Notes under the pieces: model-generated
Told to the model about the DNA's origin: nothing
Database searches by the model: none
The model's input: the letters and a program-made list of their open reading frames with translations, nothing else
Shown: positions 1 to 11,009 of the stretch, one piece after another
Layout: the number at the start of each line of letters is the position of its first letter
How positions within the stretch are numbered: the first letter of the stretch is position 1
Made by a program: the position numbers and the translations under genes
NCBI GenBank assembly: GCA_963705135.1
Contig: CAVPJB010000014.1
Coordinates: 68,816 to 132,815 of the forward strand
Direction: 5' to 3'
Source of the DNA: an uncultured delta proteobacterium
GTDB lineage: Bacteria > Desulfobacterota > Desulfobaccia > Desulfobaccales > Desulfobaccaceae
Length of the DNA: 64,000 bases

Positions 1-313
1 AGGTTCCGGGCGCTTTTGAAATACCGCTGGTAGCCAAGCGGGTGGCCGAATCGAAAAAATTCGATGCCGTCATCTGCCTGGGGGCAGTTATCCGGGGGTC
101 TACCCCTCATTTCGACTACGTGGCGGCGGAAGTCAGCAAAGGTATTGCCTCGGTATCTCTGAGACCGGTGTGCCGGTGCTCTTTGGCGTCATTACCACGG
201 ACACCCTGGAGCAGGCCATCGAGCGGGCTGGCAGCAAGGCCGGCAATAAGGGGTTCGCCGCCGCCGAGGCGGCGGTGGAAATGGTTCACCTCTTGCGCCA
301 GATCGGAGCTTAA
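1..313 (+). CDS. ribH: 6,7-dimethyl-8-ribityllumazine synthase (5' partial; 1-nt frameshift near 160)
   Basis: VPGAFEIP...[27 protein letters not shown], then in another frame [30 protein letters not shown]; upstream of nusB. Confidence 0.93.
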
Positions 314-319
314 GGCCTC

Positions 320-754
320 GTGTCCCGACCTTTAAAAAGCCTGGCCCGGGAGTGGGCCTTGCAATGCCTGTATCAAATTGAGGTTGGCGGACAGAATGGG
401 GAAGCGGCGGCCTCCCTCTTCTGGGAACATTTTCACCCCGAAGACAAGGCATCTCCTTATTTTTACCGCCTGGTTAGCGGGGTTAGAGCCCACCTGGAAG
501 AACTTGATGCCTACATTTCCCGTTTTTCGGAACACTGGCGACTGGAACGCATGGCCTATATTGATCGTTCGATTCTGCGGCTGGCTCTTTTTGAATTGCT
601 GCACTGCCCGGAAGTGCCGCCTAAAGTGGCGGTTAACGAAGCGGTGGAATTGGGCAAGCGCTTCAGCGCCGAAAATTCCGGGGCCTTTATCAACGGGATT
701 TTGGACAGCTTTCTGAAAACCGTGCAGCCAGAGAGCGGCAACGCCGCCAAGTGA
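320..754 (+). CDS. nusB: Transcription antitermination factor NusB
   Basis: [11 protein letters not shown]...[20 protein letters not shown]...[13 protein letters not shown]...FINGILD; ribH-nusB synteny. Confidence 0.96.
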   Translation: MSRPLKSLAREWALQCLYQIEVGGQNGEAAASLFWEHFHPEDKASPYFYRLVSGVRAHLEELDAYISRFSEHWRLERMAYIDRSILRLALFELLHCPEVPPKVAVNEAVELGKRFSAENSGAFINGILDSFLKTVQPESGNAAK

Positions 755-967
755 CTTTAAGATCAGGGAAAAAGGGAAGAGGGCCAAACACCGGGGTCTA
801 TTCCCAAAGAGTTTAAATACTGGTAATCTCTTCCATGGGTTTATCGTCTCCAAAGGCAGACCTTACCCCATCTGGCCGAGACATCGTTCGTTTTTTTGGG
901 GCAGTTGGGCTGGCGGGGCGACTAAAGCTTGACATAATCAAGTTTATTGATTAAATATTATCTTTTG

Positions 968-1014
968 CTCCTTGCTCCGGGCTGCAATCCGGGGCTTAAT
1001 AATCCATAAGGAGG
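968..1014 (+). promoter_or_regulatory. S6:S18 ribosomal protein leader (autoregulatory RNA)
   Basis: CTCCTT(968) pairs with SD-containing AAGGAG; inner stem CTCCGG/CCGGGG; CCA triplet just before the SD strand; directly upstream of rpsF-rpsR. Confidence 0.7.
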
Positions 1015-1018
1015 GCAG

Positions 1019-1480
1019 ATGAATCGCTACGAAACTATTTTCGTAATCAACCCTGATTTGGGGGACGATGAGATTCAAAATGTCGTCACCAAGTTCACCG
1101 GGATTATCAGTTCCCAAAACGGCGTCCAGTTAAAGTTGGAAGATTGGGGTCGGCGCCGCTTGGCCTACAAAATCGAAAAATTCAGCCAGGGATACTATGT
1201 CCTGGCAGATTATGCCGGCATGCCGGCAGGGCTGGCGGAGCTGGAACGAAATCTTAAGATTGACGACCGCATCATTCGCTTCCTGTCGGTTAGAACCGGA
1301 GAAAACGTCAACGTGGAAGCCTTGCAGACGGAGATCGCCGCCAAGGCCAAACCACCGGTGGAACCCGCGGCTTCACCCGAAAGAGAAGTAGAAGAAGCAA
1401 GTCCCCAACCTGTGGCTGAACCCCAGGCGCCGGCCGAGGAGCCAGCCGCCGCGGTGGAACCCGAGACCCCGGAGGAATAA
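1019..1480 (+). CDS. rpsF: 30S ribosomal protein S6
   Basis: MNRYETIFVINPDL...EDWGRRRLAYKIEK...LERNLKIDDRIIRFL; Glu/Pro/Ala-rich tail. Confidence 0.98.
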   Translation: MNRYETIFVINPDLGDDEIQNVVTKFTGIISSQNGVQLKLEDWGRRRLAYKIEKFSQGYYVLADYAGMPAGLAELERNLKIDDRIIRFLSVRTGENVNVEALQTEIAAKAKPPVEPAASPEREVEEASPQPVAEPQAPAEEPAAAVEPETPEE

Positions 1481-1483
1481 CCC

Positions 1484-1741
1484 ATGGCCATCATCCCGAA
1501 AAGAAAGCGCCGCCCCATTTTTCACCGCCGGAAAGTCTGCCGTTTCTGCGTCGACAACAAACTTGTCATCGACCACAAGGACGTGAATACCTTGCGGCAT
1601 TTCATCACCGAGCGGGGCAAAATCATTCCTCGCCGGATTTCCGGCAACTGTGCCCGCCATCAACGCAAAATCACCACTGCCATCAAGCGGGCCCGGCATC
1701 TGGCCCTGATGCCGTACGCCGCCAGTATGATCCAGGGGTAA
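1484..1741 (+). CDS. rpsR: 30S ribosomal protein S18
   Basis: RRKVCRFC...[32 protein letters not shown]. Confidence 0.98.
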   Translation: MAIIPKRKRRPIFHRRKVCRFCVDNKLVIDHKDVNTLRHFITERGKIIPRRISGNCARHQRKITTAIKRARHLALMPYAASMIQG

Positions 1742-1774
1742 GGTTAGGCCACAGCGGGCTGGAGGCGAAGGAAT

Positions 1775-2730
1775 TTGGAGGCCAAACAGTTCCCGATTAT
1801 TATCATTAACGGTCTCTTATCGCTCCTGCTGTTGTATTACGCCTCTATCCAGGTACCCTTTGCCGGCCTCATGATCGGGGCCTTAATGCCCCTGCCGACC
1901 ATATTGGTCATACGGCGGGCGGGCTGGATTGCCGGCTTGCTGCTGGTGGGAGCTGGGGTCGGCGTTATGTATTATGTGGAGCATTTTTTCGGCATCAAAG
2001 CGGAAGTGCTCCCTTTCCTGCACATGGCGCTCATCGCCTTTGTCCTGTCGTTCCTGGCTTCCCGCCAATATCCGCCTGGAAGTTATCGTGGGAGGCGCAG
2101 TCGTTCTGGCGGCTTTAATCCAGGCCAGCGTTTTTCTGGTCCAGGCGTGGCAGCAGGGGCTGACGCCCTTGGCATACCTGCAGCAAACGGTAGCAGGAAG
2201 TTTGGACCGCTTTTTAATGCAACTGGTTGAGAAAGAACAGATTCTGGAACAGGAAATTCCGCTGTCCGGTCTTGAACTTAGCCGAGGTCAGCACCTTGAT
2301 CGCGCAGATAACCCCGGCTTTGCTTCTGATCAACAATACGGTGGTAGTCCTGCTCAACTACATCCTCAGCCGGAAGCTGGGGGGACAGCACGGTTGGGAG
2401 GACCCTAAGCTGCCGCTGGCTTGTTGGGAAGCCCCGGGTTGGCTGGTCTTCGTGCTCATCGGCGCCGGCTTCCTGTTGCTGGTGCCGTACCAGGCTTGGC
2501 AAATGACCGGCGTAAATGTGCTTCTGCTGTGCGGTCTGTTCTACTTTTTCCAGGGGCTGGCCATCGTGGCCTTCAGTTTTAGGCGTTTTCAGGTCCCCCG
2601 GTTTTTTCGCTGGACCGCCTATATGCTCTTGGTGCTGGTAAAGCCGGCCATCCTTATGGTGATCCTTATGGGATTGACCGATTTGTGGTTCGATTTTCGC
2701 CGCCTTCATCAGCCTCCCCCTGAGATTTAA
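1775..2730 (+). CDS. YybS/DUF2232 family membrane protein (two apparent frameshifts, ~2075 and ~2280)
   Basis: Three overlapping ORF pieces join into one multi-TM protein with YFFQGLAIV and GLTDLWFDFRR motifs; usual position between rpsR and rplI. Confidence 0.85.
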
Positions 2731-2790
2731 GCCCTGAAGGCTTTCAATCTGTTGAAAGCCGGGCATTTTATGACGACGAGGTATTATGCC

Positions 2791-3240
2791 GTGAAAGTTA
2801 TTTTAATTGAAGAGAATCCCAGTTTGGGCACTATAGGTTCTGTGGTTGAAGTCGCGACCGGCTACGGCCGCAACTATCTCATTCCCCAAGGCAAAGCCCT
2901 GGAAGCCACCAAAGGCAACATCGCCCGTTTTGAACAGCAGCGTTCTCGCCTCATGCAACAGCATGCCAAGGAAAAGGATGCGGCCCAGGCCCTGGCCGGC
3001 CGCCTGGAAGAAATCACCCTCACCATTTCCCAACGGGTGGGAGAGTCTGACCGCCTCTACGGCTCTGTTACCAATGTCCATATCGCCGAAGCCCTGGCCA
3101 AACGGGGACTGGACATCGACCGGAAAAAGATCGACATGCCCGAACCCATCAAGACCCTGGGCGCCCACGAAGCAGTGGTCAAGCTGCACACGGAAGTCAA
3201 GGCCATCGTCAAAATCAACGTCGTACCTGAGAGCGCCTGA
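2791..3240 (+). CDS. rplI: 50S ribosomal protein L9
   Basis: GTG start; VKVILIE...LGTIGSVVEVATGYGRNYLIPQGKA...RLYGSVT...PIKTLG. Confidence 0.97.
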   Translation: MKVILIEENPSLGTIGSVVEVATGYGRNYLIPQGKALEATKGNIARFEQQRSRLMQQHAKEKDAAQALAGRLEEITLTISQRVGESDRLYGSVTNVHIAEALAKRGLDIDRKKIDMPEPIKTLGAHEAVVKLHTEVKAIVKINVVPESA

Positions 3241-3367
3241 TTGACGGTTGGGCTGTCAAAGTTCGAAGTTCAAAGTTTATTAAGTTGAGGCAGGCGGATT
3301 AAGGCCCCTGCCTCATCCCCAAAACTCTCTCCTCCAAACCTTACTGAGCGGCGCAGCAGGCGCGGTC

Positions 3368-4075
3368 ATGAAAAACCTCCCACCTTTTGCCGTCCGGGAA
3401 AGCTCCAAGGCCAAAAGGGTCATCCTGAAGATATCGGCCCGTAATGGACTTGAAGTCGTTATCCCCTTGGGCTTCAGCAGAAAAAATATCCCGCAGATTG
3501 TCAGGGAAAAGACAGACTGGATTGAGCGAGCCTTTCGCAAAATCCAGCAGGTAGAATTTTTTGCAGAACAGCCTCGGGAATTGCCGGCGGCAATCTATTG
3601 TGAGGCCATCAGCCAGGGTTTTACCGTAGAGTATGCGCCAGTCAAAAGCCATTCTCTTGAATTAGTCCACGTTAACGATTCTCATCTCAGAATCAGCGGC
3701 GATATTACTGCTCTTGCAGACTGCCAGTATCTCCTGAAACGCTGGCTCCAACACCAGGGCCGGGTTCATTTAATCCCCTGGCTAAAGAACCTGAGTTTTG
3801 AGACAAGGCTCAGCTACCAACAGGTGCAGATTCGTGGCCAGAAAAGCCGTTGGGGCAGTTGTTCCAGCCGGGGAACCATCAGCCTGAATTACAATCTCCT
3901 GTTTCTCCGGCCCTCGGTAGTACGTTACCTTATTCTGCATGAACTCTGCCACACCGTTCATCTCAACCATTCCAAGAGATTTTATCAGCTCTTAGCAGAA
4001 TTTGAGCCGGATTATCAAAAATTGCGGGCAGAAATGAAAAAAGCCTGGAGTCGGCTGCCGTGGTGGGCCGGATGA
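3368..4075 (+). CDS. SprT/YgjP-like (DUF45) zinc metalloprotein
   Basis: QKSRWGSCSSRGTISLN and YLILHELCHTVHLNHSKRF (HExxH). Confidence 0.88.
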   Translation: MKNLPPFAVRESSKAKRVILKISARNGLEVVIPLGFSRKNIPQIVREKTDWIERAFRKIQQVEFFAEQPRELPAAIYCEAISQGFTVEYAPVKSHSLELVHVNDSHLRISGDITALADCQYLLKRWLQHQGRVHLIPWLKNLSFETRLSYQQVQIRGQKSRWGSCSSRGTISLNYNLLFLRPSVVRYLILHELCHTVHLNHSKRFYQLLAEFEPDYQKLRAEMKKAWSRLPWWAG

Positions 4076-4138
4076 ACGAATGCAACCACTAACCACTGAC
4101 CACTATTTTTTACAATTTCTGCAGCAAAGGAGTCACCA

Positions 4139-5158
<1,020 letters not shown>

Positions 5159-5295
5159 TACCCAGTTCAATTTGGCACGCAACCAACTAATGCCTATACT
5201 ATTCTATGATACGAAATATTTTAACCGGAAACTGGAAACCGAAAACTGAAAACGGTACGAGGCGGCTACCTTGAGTCTGAAGTGGCGGTGTCCTC

Positions 5296-5994
5296 ATGAA
5301 AATTAAAGTGCTGCCTGGTGCCGAGGCGGTGGCCCGGGAGGCGGCGGCCTATATCGCCGGGGCAGCCAGGGCGGCAGTCGAGGCCCGCGGTCGTTTCATC
5401 CTGGCCGTCAGCGGCGGCCGTACCCCCTGGCAGATGCTGCGCGCTCTGACAGGTCTGGAGGTTCCCTGGGAAGGCGTCCATGTGGTGCAGGTGGACGATC
5501 GCCTGGCCCCAGCGGGGCACCCGGACCGCAACCTCACCCAAATACGGGAAAGTCTGCTGGCGTCGGCCCCGTTGCCCCCGGACCAGATCTATGCCATGCC
5601 GGTGGAGGAAGTAGACCTGACCATGGCCGCAACCATCTACGCCCGGACCCTCCAGGAGATCGCCGGCTCGCCGCCGGTGCTCGACCTGGTCCATCTGGGT
5701 CTGGGCCTTGATGGCCATACCGCCTCCCTGGTGCCCGGAGATCCGGTCCTGGATGTGACCGACACGGACGTGGCAGTGACCGGGATCTACCAGGGGTGGC
5801 GCCGGATGACCTTGACCTATCCCATCCTCAACCGGGCCCGCCGCCATCTCTGGCTGGTGACCGGGAAAGAGAAGGCCGCTATGCTGGCGCGCCTCATGGA
5901 TGGCGATGAGTCCATTCCGGCCGGGCGGATCCGCCGGGACCAGGCCCTGGTGCTCGCCGACCGGGCCGCGGCCGGGGAGTTTCTGGGGCAATGA
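5296..5994 (+). CDS. pgl: 6-phosphogluconolactonase
   Basis: AVSGGRTP, LDLVHLGLGLDGHTASL, RMTLTYP, LVTGKEKA. Confidence 0.92.
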   Translation: MKIKVLPGAEAVAREAAAYIAGAARAAVEARGRFILAVSGGRTPWQMLRALTGLEVPWEGVHVVQVDDRLAPAGHPDRNLTQIRESLLASAPLPPDQIYAMPVEEVDLTMAATIYARTLQEIAGSPPVLDLVHLGLGLDGHTASLVPGDPVLDVTDTDVAVTGIYQGWRRMTLTYPILNRARRHLWLVTGKEKAAMLARLMDGDESIPAGRIRRDQALVLADRAAAGEFLGQ

Positions 5995-6104
5995 AGCCGT
6001 AAAAAAATGGTTTATGATAAACCCGAACCTGCAACGGATACTACCCGCACAGGATAGGAAAGAAAGCTGGCTCCGGAATCTCTAACTGCACAAGCAATGT
6101 TCAT

Positions 6105-6881
6105 TTAATTCAGAAATCTTCTGTACCATCCCAACAGACCCACACCAGTAACCCAAAAAAGCCAACTTGGTGGCAACGGTGTTACTATGGGTGGTTCCAC
6201 AGGTGCTTCAGGTGGTTTAGGAAACATGTCAACCGGTTGGATAGTTCTGAAAATGACATAGTGGTCATCGCTTGGTGTGGGACTGTTTAAAGAATCGGCC
6301 CAGATACATTCGGCGGTTGGAGATATTTCATTCCTTTCACCCCACCAATTTACCGAGGAACTCGGGCGCGCCTCTTGCGGCAAAGTCCAAAGATTATTTT
6401 CGGTGGTATAGAGAATTTCATTCTTTAAGGTAGTTATGTCCGGTGGATATCCAAAAATGTATGGTTCCGGTCCCGCACCTAAATATCCTGGATTCGGATT
6501 ACCAGAAATATAACATTGCCAGGCCGCCTTATTGGTTTCAACATAATGTAAATTATCGATATTAAATTGCGCCAGCAAAAATTGCGGATTAGAAGGATCA
6601 AAGGTAGGTTGAATTAAACCGTCCCAGGCCACAACATAAATATAATCACTTGGGTTTATACTAAAATTCCAGTATTCCTGGGATGGCCACCAGGCCGGTG
6701 GACGCTCTTCTGCTTTCCATGCCAGGTTATAACCGGTTACCTCTCCGGTATAGATTACATAGAAGTTGTCAGCAGTTATTCGTGCGCCCACCGATGCCGC
6801 CTCTGCTGAAGGTATACCGGCCAGCACCACGAACAAGCCTATCATTATGAACAATAAACTTTTCACAGAGATATTTTTCAT
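6105..6881 (-). CDS. Secreted protein with PEP-CTERM-like (xPLPP) exosortase sorting signal
   Basis: N-terminal signal peptide ending SAEA-A; ITADN motif; C-terminus TPLPPSW-hydrophobic stretch-YRR; lower GC than flanks. Confidence 0.8.
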   Translation of the reverse strand: MKNISVKSLLFIMIGLFVVLAGIPSAEAASVGARITADNFYVIYTGEVTGYNLAWKAEERPPAWWPSQEYWNFSINPSDYIYVVAWDGLIQPTFDPSNPQFLLAQFNIDNLHYVETNKAAWQCYISGNPNPGYLGAGPEPYIFGYPPDITTLKNEILYTTENNLWTLPQEARPSSSVNWWGERNEISPTAECIWADSLNSPTPSDDHYVIFRTIQPVDMFPKPPEAPVEPPIVTPLPPSWLFWVTGVGLLGWYRRFLN

Positions 6882-6943
6882 TTTTAAGCCCTCCGTAAAA
6901 ATAACATTTTGCCAATTAAATTAATAAAATGCATCCTCGTGAT

Positions 6944-6982
6944 AAAAAAAAGCCGAAATGCCCCATCCCAGGCAACTCGGCT
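6944..6982 (-). terminator. Intrinsic terminator forming the riboswitch expression platform
   Basis: Minus strand AGCCGAGTTGCC...GGCATTTCGGCT followed by a U-run; 5' arm shared with aptamer P3/P1. Confidence 0.8.
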
Positions 6983-7053
6983 ATCTTGTTTTCCCATCCT
7001 CAAGACCCGTGGCTTTCCGCCCCACGTCCGTGTAGGTTGGTATTTTCTGGTAT
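6964..7053 (-). ncRNA. GEMM-I (c-di-GMP-I family) riboswitch, A20 variant, predicted c-AMP-GMP sensor
   Basis: RNA AUACCAGAAAAUACCAACCUACACGGACGUGGGGCGGAAAGCCACGGGUCUUG...CAAGAUAGCCGAGUUGCCUGGGAU; CGGAAAGCC junction, P1 CCAG/CUGG, P3 GUCUUG/CAAGAU, GUUGCC 3' motif. Confidence 0.85.
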
Positions 7054-7077
7054 TTAATATACTATTTAAAATAATTG

Positions 7078-8071
7078 GGCTATGCACTTGACTACCGTTG
7101 CCACTATATGTAGTATTCCCTCTTATGGAGGAATATCCCGGAACTGTGCAGGAATTTGAAGAAAAATTTGCCTCGGAACAATCCTGTATCGATTATTTGT
7201 CTCGACTGAGATGGCCTGAAGGTTTTCGATGTCCACGGTGTGGTTTTGAAAGATTTTGGGTCATGAACCGTGGTTTGTATCGATGCGCTTCTTGTGATCT
7301 TCAGACCTCCATAACTGCAGGGACCATTTTTCAAGATACCAGGAAACCTCTGAAACTTTGGTTTCAAGCGATGTGGTACATAACCAATCAAAAGCCTGGG
7401 ATCAGTGCATTGGGCCTTCAACGTGTTTTGGGGCTTGGGAGCTATCGTACCTCTTGGACCTGGTTGCATAAGTTGCGTTGCGCCATGGTCCGCCCTGGCC
7501 GGGATAACCTTGCTGGTCCGTGGAAGTTGATGAAACCTATATTGGCGGCGGTAAACCGGGTAAGCGTGGTCGCGGGGCCACTGGAAAGGTTTTGGTGCTG
7601 GTCGGGCCCAAGAGGACGGGAACCGGATTGGACGCATTCGTCTTCGCCGCATACCGGATGCTTCTGCAAAGAGCTTGGGTGAAGCAGTCCAAGGAATGGT
7701 GGTGCCGGGCAGTATAGTTCGGACCGATGACTTCGCCGGATACCGCGGATTGGATCGGCTCGGATATGCTCATGATGTGATCCGCCAAGATGCGTCTATA
7801 GGCGAGAACCTTCTGCCGCTTGCTAACCGAGTTATCTCTTTGCTGAAACGGTGGCTCCTGGGAACTCACCAAGGGGCTGTGCAAACATCGCATCTTGATT
7901 ACTATTTGGATGAATTTACCTTCAGATTTAATCGCAGAACCTCCCGGTCCCGAGGAAAACTCTTTTACCGCCTTGTTCAACAAGCTGTATCCATTAACCA
8001 GTTACAGGTAGCAAAATCATTGGCGGAGTAAAACACAACATATAGTATATACGAGAGTGAAGTGCATACCC
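7078..8071 (+). mobile_element. IS1595-family insertion sequence, transposase frameshifted
   Basis: Imperfect TIRs GGCTATGCACTTGACT...ACTATATGTAGT / GGGTATGCACTTCACT...ACTATATGTTGT; transposase pieces LRWPEGFRCPRCG (Zn ribbon), EVDETYIGG, VRTDD, YLDEFTFRFNRR; no clear target duplication. Confidence 0.9.
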
Positions 8072-8154
8072 GCAATAAAATAATATTAAGAGTCAAGCCC
8101 CAAATGGCCAGACGTCCAATCGGGAGTTTCGCTTACGGGTGGCAGGTTTTCCTT

Positions 8155-8262
8155 CTCGTTTCCAAGCTCCCGCTTGGGAACGCCATTAACTGCCAAGCTC
8201 CTGCTTGGCCACCTCTTTCCCCTCGCCACCCTCTGGGAGAGGGTTATTTAAGGTGAGGGGCA
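8155..8262. repeat. Cluster of short palindromic dispersed repeats
   Basis: TTCCAAGCTCCCGCTTGGGAA and CCAAGCTCCTGCTTGG hairpins, plus a CCCCTCGCC...GGGAGAGGG...GGTGAGGGG unit related to the cores at 20924 and 61384. Confidence 0.6.
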
Positions 8263-8298
8263 AATAACAACTTAGATCTCCGCAAAAACCATTTTTGT

Positions 8299-9261
8299 CA
8301 TCCCTTCATCCGCCGGGAGGCGGTGCTGTCATCCCGCATTGAGGGCACCCAGACAGACCTCACCGATCTCTACGCGTATGAGGCGGGGCAGTTGCCCCTC
8401 TTTGCCGGGTTGAAGACGGTTCCGCCCGAGTCCGACGTCAAGGAAGTGACCAATTACGTCCGGGCCATGGAATATGGGCTGGAGCGGCTCAAGACCCTGC
8501 CGGTGAGCCTGCGGCTCATCCGGGAGTTGCACGGCATCTTGATGGAAGGGGTGCGGGGCGACCGGGCCACTCCTGGGGAGTTTCGGCGGAGCCAGAACTG
8601 GATCGGGCGGCCCGGCTGCACCCTGAACGAGGCAGAGTTTGTCCCCCCACCCGTGCCCGAAATGCACGAGGCCCTGGATGTCTTCGAAAAATATCTCCAT
8701 GCCGCCAACATCTATCCCCCCTTGGTGCGCCTGGCCTTCATCCACTACCAGTTTGAAACCATCCATCCCTTCCTGGACGGCAACGGCCGCATCGGCCGAC
8801 TCCTGGTCACACTCCTACTGGTGACCTGGGACCTGCTGCCCTTGCCGCTCCTTTACCTCAGCGCTTTCTTCGAACAGCACCGGCAGGCATATTACAACCT
8901 GCTGCGGGGGGTGAGCGAAAAAGGGGCCTGGCAGGAATGGGTGGCATTTTTTCTTGAGGGGGTGGCGGAACAGGCCCGGGATGCTGGCGCCAGGGCGAAA
9001 CGCCTGCAGGATCTGCAAAGAGAATGGCGGGAGCGATTGGTAAAGGTCCGGGGGTCGGCTTTGCTACTGCGTTTGATCGACAGCCTGTTTGCCTCACCCG
9101 TGTTGACCATTCCCCAGGTCCAGCATTTGTTGGGAATAACCTACCGTAGCGCCAAGGCAAACGTTGAAAAACTGGTACAGGTGGAGATCCTGAAGCAGTC
9201 AGGAGAATCCTCTTACGGAAAGACGTACTTCGCCCCGGAAATTATAGAGGCTATAATTTAA
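8299..9261 (+). pseudogene. Fic family protein, 5'-truncated
   Basis: PFIRREAVLSSRIEGT, PGEFRRSQNWIG, catalytic HPFLDGNGRIGR; homology starts abruptly next to the repeats, with an upstream in-frame stop and no start for the usual N-terminal segment. Confidence 0.8.
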
Positions 9262-9519
9262 GATTGACAAATTATACTTTATTGACTTAAAAGTATAATT
9301 TATGACAGAAGATATTTACTTTAGTGAAATTCTGAGGAACTGGGTTCCAGGAAGCCGGGGCAATTTAACCATCAATAAGAGGGCCGGGCATGAGTCATCG
9401 CCGGTAGGCATACTTTCTATAAAGACACGCATACGGAAATTTATGCTTGACTAGTATACCATAATAGGGTGTCATCCTTTTCATCCTCAGTGGAAATCTA
9501 TCGCCTGCAGAGATCGTTT

Positions 9520-9693
9520 CACAATCATGCCTTCGCCTCTCATCTAATCATGCGAGGCGCCGGCCTGAAGACGGTTCAGGAGCTTCTGGGACACTCCGAT
9601 ATCAAGATGACCATGCGTTATGCGCACCTGTCCCCCGGCCACCTCCAGGAATCCGTCAACCTGCTGAACAACCTGGCTGCAAATCCCGCCTGA
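9520..9693 (+). pseudogene. Tyrosine recombinase/integrase C-terminal remnant
   Basis: [35 protein letters not shown] (box II LLGH...T..Y); next to a tRNA 3' end. Confidence 0.88.
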
Positions 9694-9767
9694 AAACCGA
9701 TGGGAAACTTTTGGTCAAAAAAGGCCAAGGGGCTGGCAAGAATATGTCGCCAACCCCTTGATATTAT

Positions 9768-9844
9768 TGGTGCCCCCGGCCCGACTCGAACGGGCGGCAC
9801 ACGGATTAGGAATCCGTTGCTCTGTCCACCTGAGCTACGGGGGC
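9768..9844 (-). tRNA. tRNA-Arg (CCT)
   Basis: GCCCCCGTAGCTCAGGTGGACAGAGCAACGGATTCCTAATCCGTGTGCCGCCCGTTCGAGTCGGGCCGGGGGCACCA; anticodon arm ACGGA-TTCCTAA-TCCGT. Confidence 0.96.
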
Positions 9845-10052
9845 GGTTAGGTCTGAATGCCGGCGGGGGAGCCGAAAATACCTTGGGCATCCCCTGGCTC
9901 CATCGATTGGTAAAGTGGGACGTGGTATCCCAAAGCGTCGATGCTTACATCTTCCGGGAAAGAGAAACTGCTGTCAATGGGAAAAATGCTGGACTTTTAA
10001 AAAATATTGGGAAACAATGAACCGAAGCCGGATTTTGTGAAGGAGACAAGGC

Positions 10053-11009
10053 ATGAAGCGGATTTTGGTAACGGGGGGCGCCGGGTTCATCGGCTCCCAT
10101 CTAGTGGAATACCTGCTGGCCCAGGGACATGAGGTCCTGTCCCTGGACAATTATTTCACCGGTTCCAAAGACAACCTGCTGCATCTGCGAGACCAGCCCC
10201 GGCTGGAGATCATCCGCCACGATGTGGTCAATCCCATCATGGTGGAGGTGGAGCAGATCTATAACCTGGCCTGCCCGGCCTCGCCGGTGCATTATCAATA
10301 TAACCCGGTGAAAACCATCAAAACCAACGTCATGGGGGCGCTGAATATGCTGGGGGTGGCCAAACGGGTAAAAGCCCGCATCCTGCAAGCTTCCACTTCA
10401 GAGGTTTACGGCGACCCGGCGGTGCACCCGCAGACCGAGGACTACTGGGGCAACGTCAACTGCATCGGCATCCGCAGTTGTTACGATGAGGGTAAACGGG
10501 CCGCGGAAACCTTGATGATGGACTACCACCGCCAGAACGGGGTAGAGGTCCGCATCGCCCGAATCTTCAATACCTACGGACCCCGCATGGCTATTCACGA
10601 CGGCCGGGTCATCAGCAACTTTATCGTCCAGGCCCTGAGTGGAGAGGACATTACGGTGTATGGGCAAGGGCAGCAGACCCGGTCCTTTTGCTATATCTCG
10701 GACCTGGTGGCAGGGCTGGTCAGACTCATGAACGGGGAGGTCTTCGAGGGGCCGGTGAATCTGGGCAACCCGGAGGAGTATACTATTCTGGAGCTGGCCC
10801 AAAAGACCCTGGAACTTACCGGCAGCCCTGCCAGGCTGGTCTTCAAACCACTCCCCCAGGACGACCCCCAACAACGCTGCCCGGACATCAGCCGGGCCAA
10901 AAGGCTGCTAAACTGGCAACCCACAGTGCCTCTCACCACTGGCTTACAGGAAACCATCCGCTATTTTAAAGAAAAGCTTCAGCAAATGGGACAATCACCG
11001 GCAGCTTAA
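10053..11009 (+). CDS. UDP-glucuronate decarboxylase (UDP-xylose synthase, SDR)
   Basis: [55 protein letters not shown]. Confidence 0.93.
   Translation: MKRILVTGGAGFIGSHLVEYLLAQGHEVLSLDNYFTGSKDNLLHLRDQPRLEIIRHDVVNPIMVEVEQIYNLACPASPVHYQYNPVKTIKTNVMGALNMLGVAKRVKARILQASTSEVYGDPAVHPQTEDYWGNVNCIGIRSCYDEGKRAAETLMMDYHRQNGVEVRIARIFNTYGPRMAIHDGRVISNFIVQALSGEDITVYGQGQQTRSFCYISDLVAGLVRLMNGEVFEGPVNLGNPEEYTILELAQKTLELTGSPARLVFKPLPQDDPQQRCPDISRAKRLLNWQPTVPLTTGLQETIRYFKEKLQQMGQSPAA

Noticed and set aside
1-2730. Frameshifts in ribH and DUF2232 as programmed frameshifting or pseudogenes
   Set aside because: Single-base indels in conserved genes without slippery-site signals, clustered at the window edge; more consistent with long-read consensus errors
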